This document shows, one piece after another, positions 10,601 through 18,222 of a DNA stretch of 64,000 bases. Source of the stretch: Candidatus Altimarinota bacterium (lineage in GTDB: Bacteria > Patescibacteriota > Gracilibacteria > UBA4473). A program made the translations under genes and the position numbers. The stretch's first letter is position 1. The number at the start of each line of letters is the position of its first letter. The stretch covers positions 736,001 to 800,000 of the forward strand of contig OZ246423.1 in the NCBI GenBank assembly GCA_965231215.1, written 5' to 3'. The notes beneath the pieces were generated by a model, which searched no databases, was not told where the DNA came from, and saw nothing but the letters and a program-made list of their open reading frames with translations.

Positions 10601-10924
10601 ATTCTTCGAATTAGAGCTACTCATGGAGCCCCAAGCGGTCGGGATAAAGAGCCGATTCGTAACCAGCAGGTTTTAAATATTTTGAATAAGGTTTTAGCTG
10701 AAGCGGGAATAACCCGAAAAGATTTAACTAACAATCATTTGAGAAGTTCAGACTTTTTGGAATTTGCAGTCAATGGAATAAGTTTTGTAGATTACTTTAT
10801 AGACTGTCTAGAAAAAGAAAAAATACCTTTATGGTTTATTTCGGAAATGACTGTTGAGAAGAGTGATTTTGACCAAATACTAGAGGGATTACCAAAAATT
10901 GAAGCACAAATAGCTAGTACTTGA
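7694..10924 (+). CDS. Large hypothetical protein (1076 aa)
   Basis: 3.2-kb open frame, upstream TTGCAA...TAAATT promoter-like sequence; no recognisable catalytic motif. Confidence 0.8.
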   Translation: MEPLREHTDFRSINLYQVMGQILTPEMRGWVDENIERANQTLEKLVAISQSPDTKEHLEFADFQKVMEADGRLDPLFPMFCQDPTLMARNEIDPETTLKVVTDMIVVYRRAYQEGRNELIIPPSFPAGFLFKEKKKRYTIKVSELLDLLFGNPLGCFYGEVDLSLADIEENATKKVWASRASKQRPKTPKKLTQESIVMDIKDEESTQKFLKKLMEPVQHQAIRRFGQMSDQEFRKNPHYIFALLAFPEFFRSKKFRESDIKEALLDTFSFLICFNKLGLVDLSEIFIVPELESLWRFFFTRHKEILADESSDLRYLVFETIFGGKETLPNSLMNILTKANQVKRCSQKVPRKVKRAIRRSPERQPASTGQPTDACKKREAKVAENSRLSAPLLDDKEDLEKKFSRGEFEFSISQKPDEAQILWVHTGRGPEESWQKIELRPEVQNYSFRGPSYKRNKEYTVKFAYGSDQFPKNRSQEVAEINFTYEPTEKVASSPTTSTPSQADNPPPSADIKSDDNASLAIKGPQKPPEETLTTCAEGEALAILLYEIQNFNLEIVQEFVTTCFQKVYIKDSRALFELKGLEKFFKSSFQHKDLAEALEVRNKWGGKTLCVDFEAKTVCLRLGIDKNRIMLSRELFFAFSEILRGDLSLLQPLAKKQEIIDKELDEIHRFEHERSKLFRKLEEAIINFRRFSPTQWQGHAASYQGPDTRFILEKKAKNFPYNYPQIKSLRTELNSAGILFRLDSNGSVLFELKIPDKNGSACRFRVSFREDFSFSLENGTRPLSPTWMEEVKKIGRGIMACLCNLIIEAGDLPAHRQADRELKGLKAGAQKYKDNLHFHQKRRKKAEAKDSVSTPGKPSSSRDLVSIMINKYRRGGDFRVPVYDRHTGQMVGYKIRKFEAIEPDESVLFRDFALCFPGEEQERGLAEDEIEVKNLKNPHEKRVVQAQIKRKYEEIRERLTERNKKYLILRIRATHGAPSGRDKEPIRNQQVLNILNKVLAEAGITRKDLTNNHLRSSDFLEFAVNGISFVDYFIDCLEKEKIPLWFISEMTVEKSDFDQILEGLPKIEAQIAST

Positions 10925-10955
10925 CTTTGCATAAAAAAATATTAAAAAATTTTTG

Positions 10956-11123
10956 ATGAATGAAAAAGTAGAATCTTCAATAGTAAGTGGGGAAGAGCTT
11001 ATGGAACAACAAATAATCCCTCCAAATTTAGTAGAACTTTTTGTGGATGAGCTAAGAGATCGCGGTTTGCCTATGAACTTCCAAAACGCTTTTACGGTAA
11101 CTCGTAAAATGATTGAGTCTTAA
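10956..11123 (+). CDS. Small hypothetical protein (55 aa), not in the ORF track
   Basis: ATG 10956 to TAA 11123: MNEKVESSIVSGEELMEQQIIPPNLVELFVDELRDRGLPMNFQNAFTVTRKMIES; fills the gap and ends 2 nt before the next ATG. Confidence 0.6.
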   Translation: MNEKVESSIVSGEELMEQQIIPPNLVELFVDELRDRGLPMNFQNAFTVTRKMIES

Positions 11124-11125
11124 AG

Positions 11126-11518
11126 ATGGATTTTTTTGAAGCCTCTTATTGCGATAAAAGAGGGTTAATTTTGCCTGATCCAGTTTTTAGAAGTTTTGTT
11201 CAACAGCCAGAGGAAGCTATTTTTTACCGTGCTGAATATTTTGAGTTTAATCAGGTGAGGCTTCCTTGTGGAAAAACTATATTTCTCACAGGAATACTAT
11301 TCCAGAGTGTTGAAATTTTCAGAAAGTTGGTTAGGGATGAGGTCTGGGAAGCCACTGGTGATGAAGAAATAGCCAACTGGGTGTGGACTTTTTCTGAATA
11401 TGTAAAAAAAATAGGATCAAATGGGTTAAAGTTTTTCCCTAATGGAATTCCAAACCGAACGTACAGAGTTCACCCACTTGAGGGGCTTTTACTTTTAGAA
11501 AAACCTACTCAAAAATAA
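11126..11518 (+). CDS. Hypothetical protein (130 aa)
   Basis: ORF tightly coupled to the upstream small ORF. Confidence 0.65.
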   Translation: MDFFEASYCDKRGLILPDPVFRSFVQQPEEAIFYRAEYFEFNQVRLPCGKTIFLTGILFQSVEIFRKLVRDEVWEATGDEEIANWVWTFSEYVKKIGSNGLKFFPNGIPNRTYRVHPLEGLLLLEKPTQK

Positions 11519-11990
11519 TCGTATCCCCAATTTCACCCGGGAACATACCTTGTAGTACTTCTAGCACATACGAAGATTTCCCAGCTGGTTTATAAATTGT
11601 GCACGGCATTTGAGTGCACGGTTCGGCTGCTTGTACATCAACGACTTTTTTGTCTTCAGAAATCCACACCATATCAAGGGGAATGAGCGTATTTTTCATC
11701 CAAAAATTATGTTGATCATTTTCTTGGAAAACAAAAAGCATTCCTTCATCGGCTTTCATAGATTCACGATACATGAGCCCTTGTTCTCGTTCTGCTTGAG
11801 TATCGGCTACCTCCACGTAAAAAGTTTGCCCATTAACCTCTAAGGGTTCAAGGGTGTTTCTGCGGCCTTCTACTTCTGGAATTTCTGCAACTTCTGTAGC
11901 TTCAAAACGATTTGATTTTTCATCGGTTTTGGTGGAAAATTCGCATCCTAAAAGCACAAATGCTAGGATCAAAACGGTGAATTTTTTCAT
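11505..11990 (-). CDS. DUF192 family protein, lipoprotein-like
   Basis: Signal with LLGC lipobox; VEVADT..ER.QGLMYR.S....GMLFVF....FWMKNT.IPLDM.WI...YVLEV. Confidence 0.93.
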   Translation of the reverse strand: MKKFTVLILAFVLLGCEFSTKTDEKSNRFEATEVAEIPEVEGRRNTLEPLEVNGQTFYVEVADTQAEREQGLMYRESMKADEGMLFVFQENDQHNFWMKNTLIPLDMVWISEDKKVVDVQAAEPCTQMPCTIYKPAGKSSYVLEVLQGMFPGEIGDTIIFE

Positions 11991-14900
11991 GGATCAAAAA
12001 TTTAAACAAACACTTGATACTTTAAATGTTTCGCAGCGTCAAGCTGTAGAAGCAGTTTATGGTCCAGTGCTTGTTTTGGCTGGACCTGGTACAGGAAAGA
12101 CTCATATGCTTACGACTCGTATTGCTCATATTTTACAGTCTGGAATTGGAGCAGAAGCTCATAATATTCTCTGTCTGACATTTACCGAAAACGCGGCTGT
12201 AGAGATGAGAACGAGGTTGCAAAAGTGGATTGGTCCTCTAGCCTACCAGGTGAAAATATTGACCTTCCATGGTTTTTGTCAGTGGGTAATTGATGACAAC
12301 AGTCAGCTCTTTTATGAGCAGATAGGACATCGAGAAATTGCTGACGATCTTCAAAAAGCTCTAATCTATCGCGAAGCGATTAAGTCTCGAAAGTGGAAAT
12401 ATTTTTCTAGCATTTGGGACGATTTTGTTTATCAGTATGATTTTTTAAAAGCGGTTAGTGATCTAAAACGTGAAAATATTAATCCTGAAAAATTAAGAGA
12501 ATTAATTCCAGAAGAGAAAAAAAGATTGGAGGCTCATCCTGATAATTTTTATAAAAGAAAATTTAAGAACTTTAACCCAGGAGATTGGAAGCCTCAAGCT
12601 CGGGTAAAAATTGATGATAAGCTTGCTCGAATGTACGAGTTAGCTGACCTCTGGGAGGTTTATGAAGGCTTGATGCAGCGACGAGGATTTTATGATTTTG
12701 ATGATTTGATTGCCTGGGTGGTTGAAGCCTTATCTACCAATGAGAGTCTGCGCTTAGATTTGCAAGAGAGATTTCAGTGGATCATGGTTGATGAATATCA
12801 AGATACAAATGATTCACAAAATGCAATACTCTGGGAGTTGGTTGAAGGTGTAGATTTGCCTAATATTTTTGCCGTTGGAGATGCGGATCAGTCAATTTAT
12901 CGTTTTCAGGGAGCGAGTGTGGCGAATGTTCAAGACTTCCGTCAGAAATTTGGAGAGAGAAAGGAAATCACGCTTACAGAGAATTATCGTTCTCACCAGA
13001 ATATTTTAGATGCCGCTTATCATTCGATAGATCACAATCTAGAAAGGGCCAACAAAGAAATGCGGCTTTCAGCCCAAAAAAAAGATTTTGCCACGAGTGA
13101 TCCAGGCACAATCTTTCAGGCAGAACTTGCGAGTCGAGCTTCTGAGATTTCATTTTTGGCTGAAACCATAAAATCTCACTTGGCGGCTGGTGTTTTGCCA
13201 AAGGAAATTGCTATTCTTGTTCGAAAGAATCGAGAAATAGAAGAGCTGGCTGAAGAATTGCCAAAATTTGGAGTACCAGTTAGTGCTCAGGTGTCTCAAA
13301 ATATTTTTGAAAATGAATATGTGAGATATTTGATTTTAATGCTCATGTGTTTTGTAGACGCTGAGGATAGTGAGAGGCTATTTGATTTATTGCACGCTAG
13401 GTTTTTGGATATTGATCCTGAGGTTTTGCTTTTGGTTTCTCTTTCAAGAGAAAGGGAAAGATCAATTATTGAAACATTGTTGCAGAGAGACTTTACAGAT
13501 AAAAAACTCCAGAATTTTTTAAACTTTTTTATTCAAGCACGTCGTGATTTTCATCATTCTAGAGCGGCTATTATCGCTGAGAAGTTGTTATATGAATCTG
13601 GCTTAGCCAAATTTTTAACTGATAAAAATAAGTTAGATGACTGGCAGTCTGTTAAAAAATTTATTGCTTGGATTCGTGAACAGGTTCAATCAGAGAAATT
13701 TCAACAGTCATTTCGTTTTGAGAAAGAGCTTCCAGAAATTCTTAATAGAATCCAACTTCATCAAAATTTAGGTATTAAAATTTTTCCCGATCCTTTACCT
13801 CAAGATACTCATTCTATCCGAATAATGACGGCCCATAAATCGAAAGGACTTGAGTTTGAAGTGGTTCTGATTCCAGGGTTGGAAGATAAAAAATGGGGAA
13901 ATCCTCGAGGAAAAGTAGGTATAGCCTTACCTCAACTGTCCTCTGAAGAATATGATGAAAATGAAGAAGAAAGACGTCTGTTTTTTGTAGCTTTAACTCG
14001 AACCAAATCACAACTCTATCTTTCTTACAGTGTTACAGATTTTTCTGGTCGAGATAAGACGCCTTCAATGTTTTGGCATGAAATTCCAGAAGAAATTTCC
14101 ACAAAAACTGAGGCAGAAGAGCTTGAAATTAAGTTGCAGCATTTATTACCGGTTTTCTTTGAGCAGGCAGAAAAGACGCTTACAAATGGAGAAAAAGCAA
14201 TTTTACAAGAGCGAGTTAAAAATTTTCGTTGGTCGGTCTCAAGCCTACAATCTTATTTGGATTGTCCACGAAAATTTCTTTATCAGAACCTTTATAAATT
14301 TCCGAGGCGACCAATGCCACAAGCTGCTCTTGGAACGGCATTACATCAAGCTTTAGAAAAAAGTTTTTTACAAATTCAGAATAAAAAAAGAGTTTTATTG
14401 GAATCAGTATTGGAAAATTTCGACTATGCTTTAAGAGGACAAAATATACCACAAGAGGATTTTGAGAATTTCCTAAGTCATGGACAAGAGATTTTACAAA
14501 TTTATTACGAACAAGAGCTAACTAATTTTGAAACGACTCATCCTTTTGGTTACGAACTTGAATATGACTTTAGTCGCTTTAATCCGATGATTGATAATAT
14601 ACGAATCACGGGAAAGATGGATAAAATAGTTTTTTTAGATGAAAAGAGATCACGTGTAAAAATTGTAGATTATAAGTCCGGAAGACCTCGTTCTATAGTT
14701 TCTGGAGAGTCTTACTGGAGGCAATTGGTTTTTTATGATTTACTAAATCGCTCTAGTCGTGGTAATGATTGGATTGTTGAGAGTTGTGAAATTGAATTCT
14801 TGACTCCTGATAGTAATGGTAAGCTTGGGAAGAGGGCTTGGGAAGTGTCCCAAGAAGATCGGGAAAAGGTAATTTCAGAATTAAAGTGGGTTCATGAAAA

Positions 14901-14994
14901 AGTGATGAATTTAGAATTTCCTCTAAAAAATCGTGCTGATAGTGATGAGCGTTTATGGGAGGAGATTCAGTACTGGCAAAGTTTTGGACAATGA
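11989..14994 (+). CDS. UvrD/PcrA-family helicase fused to a C-terminal PD-(D/E)XK nuclease
   Basis: LN.SQR.AV, VLAGPGTGKT, VDEYQDTN, VGDADQSIYRFQGA, MTAHKSKGLEF, EERRLFFVALTR; nuclease part CPRKF, GKMDKI, IVDYKSG; likely start ATG 11989. Confidence 0.93.
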   Translation: MDQKFKQTLDTLNVSQRQAVEAVYGPVLVLAGPGTGKTHMLTTRIAHILQSGIGAEAHNILCLTFTENAAVEMRTRLQKWIGPLAYQVKILTFHGFCQWVIDDNSQLFYEQIGHREIADDLQKALIYREAIKSRKWKYFSSIWDDFVYQYDFLKAVSDLKRENINPEKLRELIPEEKKRLEAHPDNFYKRKFKNFNPGDWKPQARVKIDDKLARMYELADLWEVYEGLMQRRGFYDFDDLIAWVVEALSTNESLRLDLQERFQWIMVDEYQDTNDSQNAILWELVEGVDLPNIFAVGDADQSIYRFQGASVANVQDFRQKFGERKEITLTENYRSHQNILDAAYHSIDHNLERANKEMRLSAQKKDFATSDPGTIFQAELASRASEISFLAETIKSHLAAGVLPKEIAILVRKNREIEELAEELPKFGVPVSAQVSQNIFENEYVRYLILMLMCFVDAEDSERLFDLLHARFLDIDPEVLLLVSLSRERERSIIETLLQRDFTDKKLQNFLNFFIQARRDFHHSRAAIIAEKLLYESGLAKFLTDKNKLDDWQSVKKFIAWIREQVQSEKFQQSFRFEKELPEILNRIQLHQNLGIKIFPDPLPQDTHSIRIMTAHKSKGLEFEVVLIPGLEDKKWGNPRGKVGIALPQLSSEEYDENEEERRLFFVALTRTKSQLYLSYSVTDFSGRDKTPSMFWHEIPEEISTKTEAEELEIKLQHLLPVFFEQAEKTLTNGEKAILQERVKNFRWSVSSLQSYLDCPRKFLYQNLYKFPRRPMPQAALGTALHQALEKSFLQIQNKKRVLLESVLENFDYALRGQNIPQEDFENFLSHGQEILQIYYEQELTNFETTHPFGYELEYDFSRFNPMIDNIRITGKMDKIVFLDEKRSRVKIVDYKSGRPRSIVSGESYWRQLVFYDLLNRSSRGNDWIVESCEIEFLTPDSNGKLGKRAWEVSQEDREKVISELKWVHEKVMNLEFPLKNRADSDERLWEEIQYWQSFGQ

Positions 14995-15527
14995 TTTTGG
15001 ATATTTTTTTGCTGATATTTCTTCTTTTTACCTGCTTAGCCTGTTTGTTTTGGTTTTATCTACTGGTATATTTGATGATTTATAAAGTACCACTGGTTTC
15101 TACACAAAAGAAGGTTATTGCAGAAATGGTTAAGCTGGCAAAATTGAAGACAGGCCAAAAAGTTTATGATTTGGGATGTGGGTTCGCGCCAACGCTTTTT
15201 TATGCAGCTAAAATTGGCCCCAAAAATCAGTACATTGGCTATGACGTACTACGTCCAGTGCTGTGGTACAACCAGTTTAAAAATACATTTTTGAACTACC
15301 CGATTGAATTTGTATGTGGTGATTTTTTTATGGCCGACTTAGAAGAGGCTGATGTTATTTTTTGCTACTTGTGGGATACGGTGATGGTTCGCATTTACGA
15401 GGAAAAGTGGGAGTCACTCAAAAAAGGAGCGATCCTTATTTCACATGACTTTTCAATCCCGGCACTGAAGCCCAAAAGTACTAAAAAAGTAGGACGCTCC
15501 AAAATCTATGTGTACCAAAAAAGTTAA
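14991..15527 (+). CDS. Class I SAM-dependent methyltransferase with N-terminal membrane anchor
   Basis: P.VST, VYDLGCG, GDFF..DL.EADVIFCYL, ISHDF; ATGA overlap with the helicase stop. Confidence 0.85.
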   Translation: MILDIFLLIFLLFTCLACLFWFYLLVYLMIYKVPLVSTQKKVIAEMVKLAKLKTGQKVYDLGCGFAPTLFYAAKIGPKNQYIGYDVLRPVLWYNQFKNTFLNYPIEFVCGDFFMADLEEADVIFCYLWDTVMVRIYEEKWESLKKGAILISHDFSIPALKPKSTKKVGRSKIYVYQKS

Positions 15528-15529
15528 TT

Positions 15530-16834
15530 CTAAAGCCCCTCTTGAAGGGTCTCCCTTCCAAGAATTTCACGTTCGGCTTGTTCCGGGTTTAGGTCTCCTT
15601 TGATAAGTCTTTTGGTATTGAAAAGTATTGGAAATTGCTGATGAATTTCGTGGTCATTACGATTGACCCAATCCCTAAATTCTAGAGTTTTATTTGGTGT
15701 TTCTTCGAGCACTGTAGCCAACAAGGTGTTAAGAATGGTTTGGGGATTAGTTTCTGGGAAAAATTCTACGAGTTCTTTATAAAATCGAGAAAAAAACCAA
15801 GCCTGAGTATTGCCTTGATAATTTTTTGTCTTACAGATTTTCAAGAAATAGCTAAATATACCCGCAAAAACAAGTTTTACTTGGGGGTCTGTAAGGGGTA
15901 ATTCTTGGTTTACCATATTGCCATCTTTTAGGTCTTGGAGTGTTTTTTGGAAAGTTTTCATTTCTGAAACCTCACAAAAATCGACCGTATTGTGCCAAAA
16001 AGATTCAGAAATTTTCCGACCTTCTACGGTTTTAAAATCTGCTTCTACGGTATCGGGATTTTCACCACTAGCGATTCTTTTCCCAAACTTGAAGTTGCGC
16101 GAACCTGATTCTCCTGGAAAAAATTCAAGACATAGTAAAATGTCTCCAAGCCCTGCAATCCCCCAAAATTCATGCGGATTTTCACGAGGTGGGCATTTGG
16201 CTTTTATAACTGCAAAAACGGCATCAAGAGCCTGTGATAACAATTTTATTTTTATCTCTAGACCTACTTGATCCCAAAACCTCCCAAGCTCTAGTACAAT
16301 CAAGTTTTTTAAAATTCCAGACCACTGAACCACGTTGGGAGATTCAGAGGCATATAATCTGAGCCTAGGGGTGTTTAGGTGCGAGTGTACTATTTCGGCT
16401 ACCGCTTTATTTTGTCCAGCAATAACACTAGCTGTGGGAGAACCAGTTTTTATTTGTACTGCCTTATTTGGGCCTGAGAAAATAAGTACTCGATCTTTTT
16501 CTTCCTGGGTTAGCTGTTGATACAAGTCTTGAGTCTCGACTCCCTTGGAAGTTAGCACAATGATTGAATGCGGATTTTTACGAATATAGTTCAGGGTGTC
16601 TTCTTTGGCCCAACTCGGAATAGCTAAAAATAAAATTTCAGGAGTATTTCTTTCTGGGCTCTCCATAGCGGTGGGTCTGTCGGTGCCAATTACTTGAAAA
16701 TTTTTATCTTTAGATTCTTCAGTTAGTACTTGATAAATAGCGGAACCAAAATCACCTTGAAAGCCAATAATTTCTACCTTTAAGATTTCGCCGTTCTTTG
16801 GATCTGATAATCTGGTTTGAAGGGGGAGATTCAT
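15530..16834 (-). CDS. gpsA: Divergent NAD(P)H-dependent glycerol-3-phosphate dehydrogenase with duplicated C-terminal helical domain
   Basis: IIGFQGDFG, FLAIPS, TSKGVE, SGPN.A, G.LKN, GIAGLGD, SRNF.FG, TVEG; ~100 aa longer than canonical. Confidence 0.78.
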   Translation of the reverse strand: MNLPLQTRLSDPKNGEILKVEIIGFQGDFGSAIYQVLTEESKDKNFQVIGTDRPTAMESPERNTPEILFLAIPSWAKEDTLNYIRKNPHSIIVLTSKGVETQDLYQQLTQEEKDRVLIFSGPNKAVQIKTGSPTASVIAGQNKAVAEIVHSHLNTPRLRLYASESPNVVQWSGILKNLIVLELGRFWDQVGLEIKIKLLSQALDAVFAVIKAKCPPRENPHEFWGIAGLGDILLCLEFFPGESGSRNFKFGKRIASGENPDTVEADFKTVEGRKISESFWHNTVDFCEVSEMKTFQKTLQDLKDGNMVNQELPLTDPQVKLVFAGIFSYFLKICKTKNYQGNTQAWFFSRFYKELVEFFPETNPQTILNTLLATVLEETPNKTLEFRDWVNRNDHEIHQQFPILFNTKRLIKGDLNPEQAEREILGRETLQEGL

Positions 16835-16850
16835 TTTTGACTCTACTTTA

Positions 16851-18194
16851 TCAACTCGATAAAGCCATGTCTAAAAGAGTCTTTAAATTCTTTATAGTAT
16901 CTTCTACTGGAGCAGCTCCGTGAGCGGCAAAGACTCTTGTTCCTTTTTTTAGGTTTAAAATTTCTGCCATGGCTACACTTTTTTTTCTCGCTTGGCTTAA
17001 GTTCCAAGCTCTTCTGGGATTAAAGAACGCTTTCCAGAATAAACTCTCCTCAAAAAAAGCATCAGCTAAAATTTTAGACGCTGGAGTTGCATACACAATA
17101 GAATCCGGATTTTCAAGGATAAAGGAAGGTTCTACAAGCACAGCTTTTTGGCCAGAATTTCGTATTTCTTTTACTAATTCTTTTAGTTCAGGAGTGCCCT
17201 TTGAGTCTTCTGTTCCGTTACATAAAATATAAAATGGGCCTTGGGATTGGGGGGTTTTCCACCCTTCCTGAGTGGAGCCTTCAAGGCGATGGATTCTCGA
17301 TTTAATAGAATCCCTTGTTTTTTGATTGCTCAGGGTTCTAAAATGGCTTTTTTGACGATACAAAAGTTCTATAAACTTAAGGTGTAAGTTCCCAATAAAA
17401 CCATCGGACAAAACCACAGACGGTTGATGCTTGCTTCCATTTAACCCAATTTCAGAGAGAGGATCAAAATCGAGAAATTTACAAACCCCATGAGTTGATT
17501 GAATTTGATCTTGAATCTCTTGCGGAGAAAAGGAATCAGAAGGGAGAATCATTATGGGCCCCTCAGCATCAGATTCAGCATGTTCTTTGAGGGTGGTAAG
17601 CATCAAGGTAAAGTCTTCTATTTTAGGCTTAGGGATGGCTCCATTATCACCAAACTCTATACCTGGCATGATATTTTTAGAAATAAAGGGTCTTCCCCGC
17701 GTTCCCCTAAACTTAAGACTTCCTGCAACTTGCGCTGCGGTAGATCCCGCAGTAAAAACGGCATAAGGACTTTGCTCTTCTGCCAGCCTAAACATTTTAG
17801 CCATGGAGGTCCCAGGCACTGGTTTTTTCCCTCCCATTGGGGTTTGTTCTTCACTTTCTACTATTTGAAGAAAGTCTGTATTGTGAAAAGGTTGTTCAGT
17901 TTGAAACATATGAAAACCTTCGACCTGAGAGCTTAAAAATGCGGCTTGATCTGAACGGGATTTTATTTCGTCCAGGGCTTTTTGAATTGCTTCTCTAATT
18001 TCTGGGCCTCTTCCGAAAAGAACAAACTTTACTTTACCGGCTACAAGCTTGGAATAGTGGGTTACCAAAAAAATTTTCAAGGCTTTTAGATTCCTAAGAG
18101 CCGCATCTCCTTCGTATTCACCAGTTTTAGTCTCAGGGCTGGCATCCCCACCTAAGACGTCCCAAAAAATTAGTTTTTGATCTTCGTTCATCAT
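16851..18194 (-). CDS. plsX: Divergent phosphate acyltransferase PlsX-like protein with internal duplication
   Basis: DVLGGD.SP, TSM, TAGSTAA, RP, D.GA, SDGFIGNLHLKFIE, NGTEDSKG, AAHGAA. Confidence 0.72.
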   Translation of the reverse strand: MMNEDQKLIFWDVLGGDASPETKTGEYEGDAALRNLKALKIFLVTHYSKLVAGKVKFVLFGRGPEIREAIQKALDEIKSRSDQAAFLSSQVEGFHMFQTEQPFHNTDFLQIVESEEQTPMGGKKPVPGTSMAKMFRLAEEQSPYAVFTAGSTAAQVAGSLKFRGTRGRPFISKNIMPGIEFGDNGAIPKPKIEDFTLMLTTLKEHAESDAEGPIMILPSDSFSPQEIQDQIQSTHGVCKFLDFDPLSEIGLNGSKHQPSVVLSDGFIGNLHLKFIELLYRQKSHFRTLSNQKTRDSIKSRIHRLEGSTQEGWKTPQSQGPFYILCNGTEDSKGTPELKELVKEIRNSGQKAVLVEPSFILENPDSIVYATPASKILADAFFEESLFWKAFFNPRRAWNLSQARKKSVAMAEILNLKKGTRVFAAHGAAPVEDTIKNLKTLLDMALSS

Positions 18195-18222
18195 TGACTT
18201 TGTATTTTTTTATTTCAAAAAG

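Noticed and set aside
11854-11988. N-terminal 45-aa extension of the helicase ORF
   Set aside because: It is antisense to the DUF192 gene; helicase similarity starts just after Met at 11989
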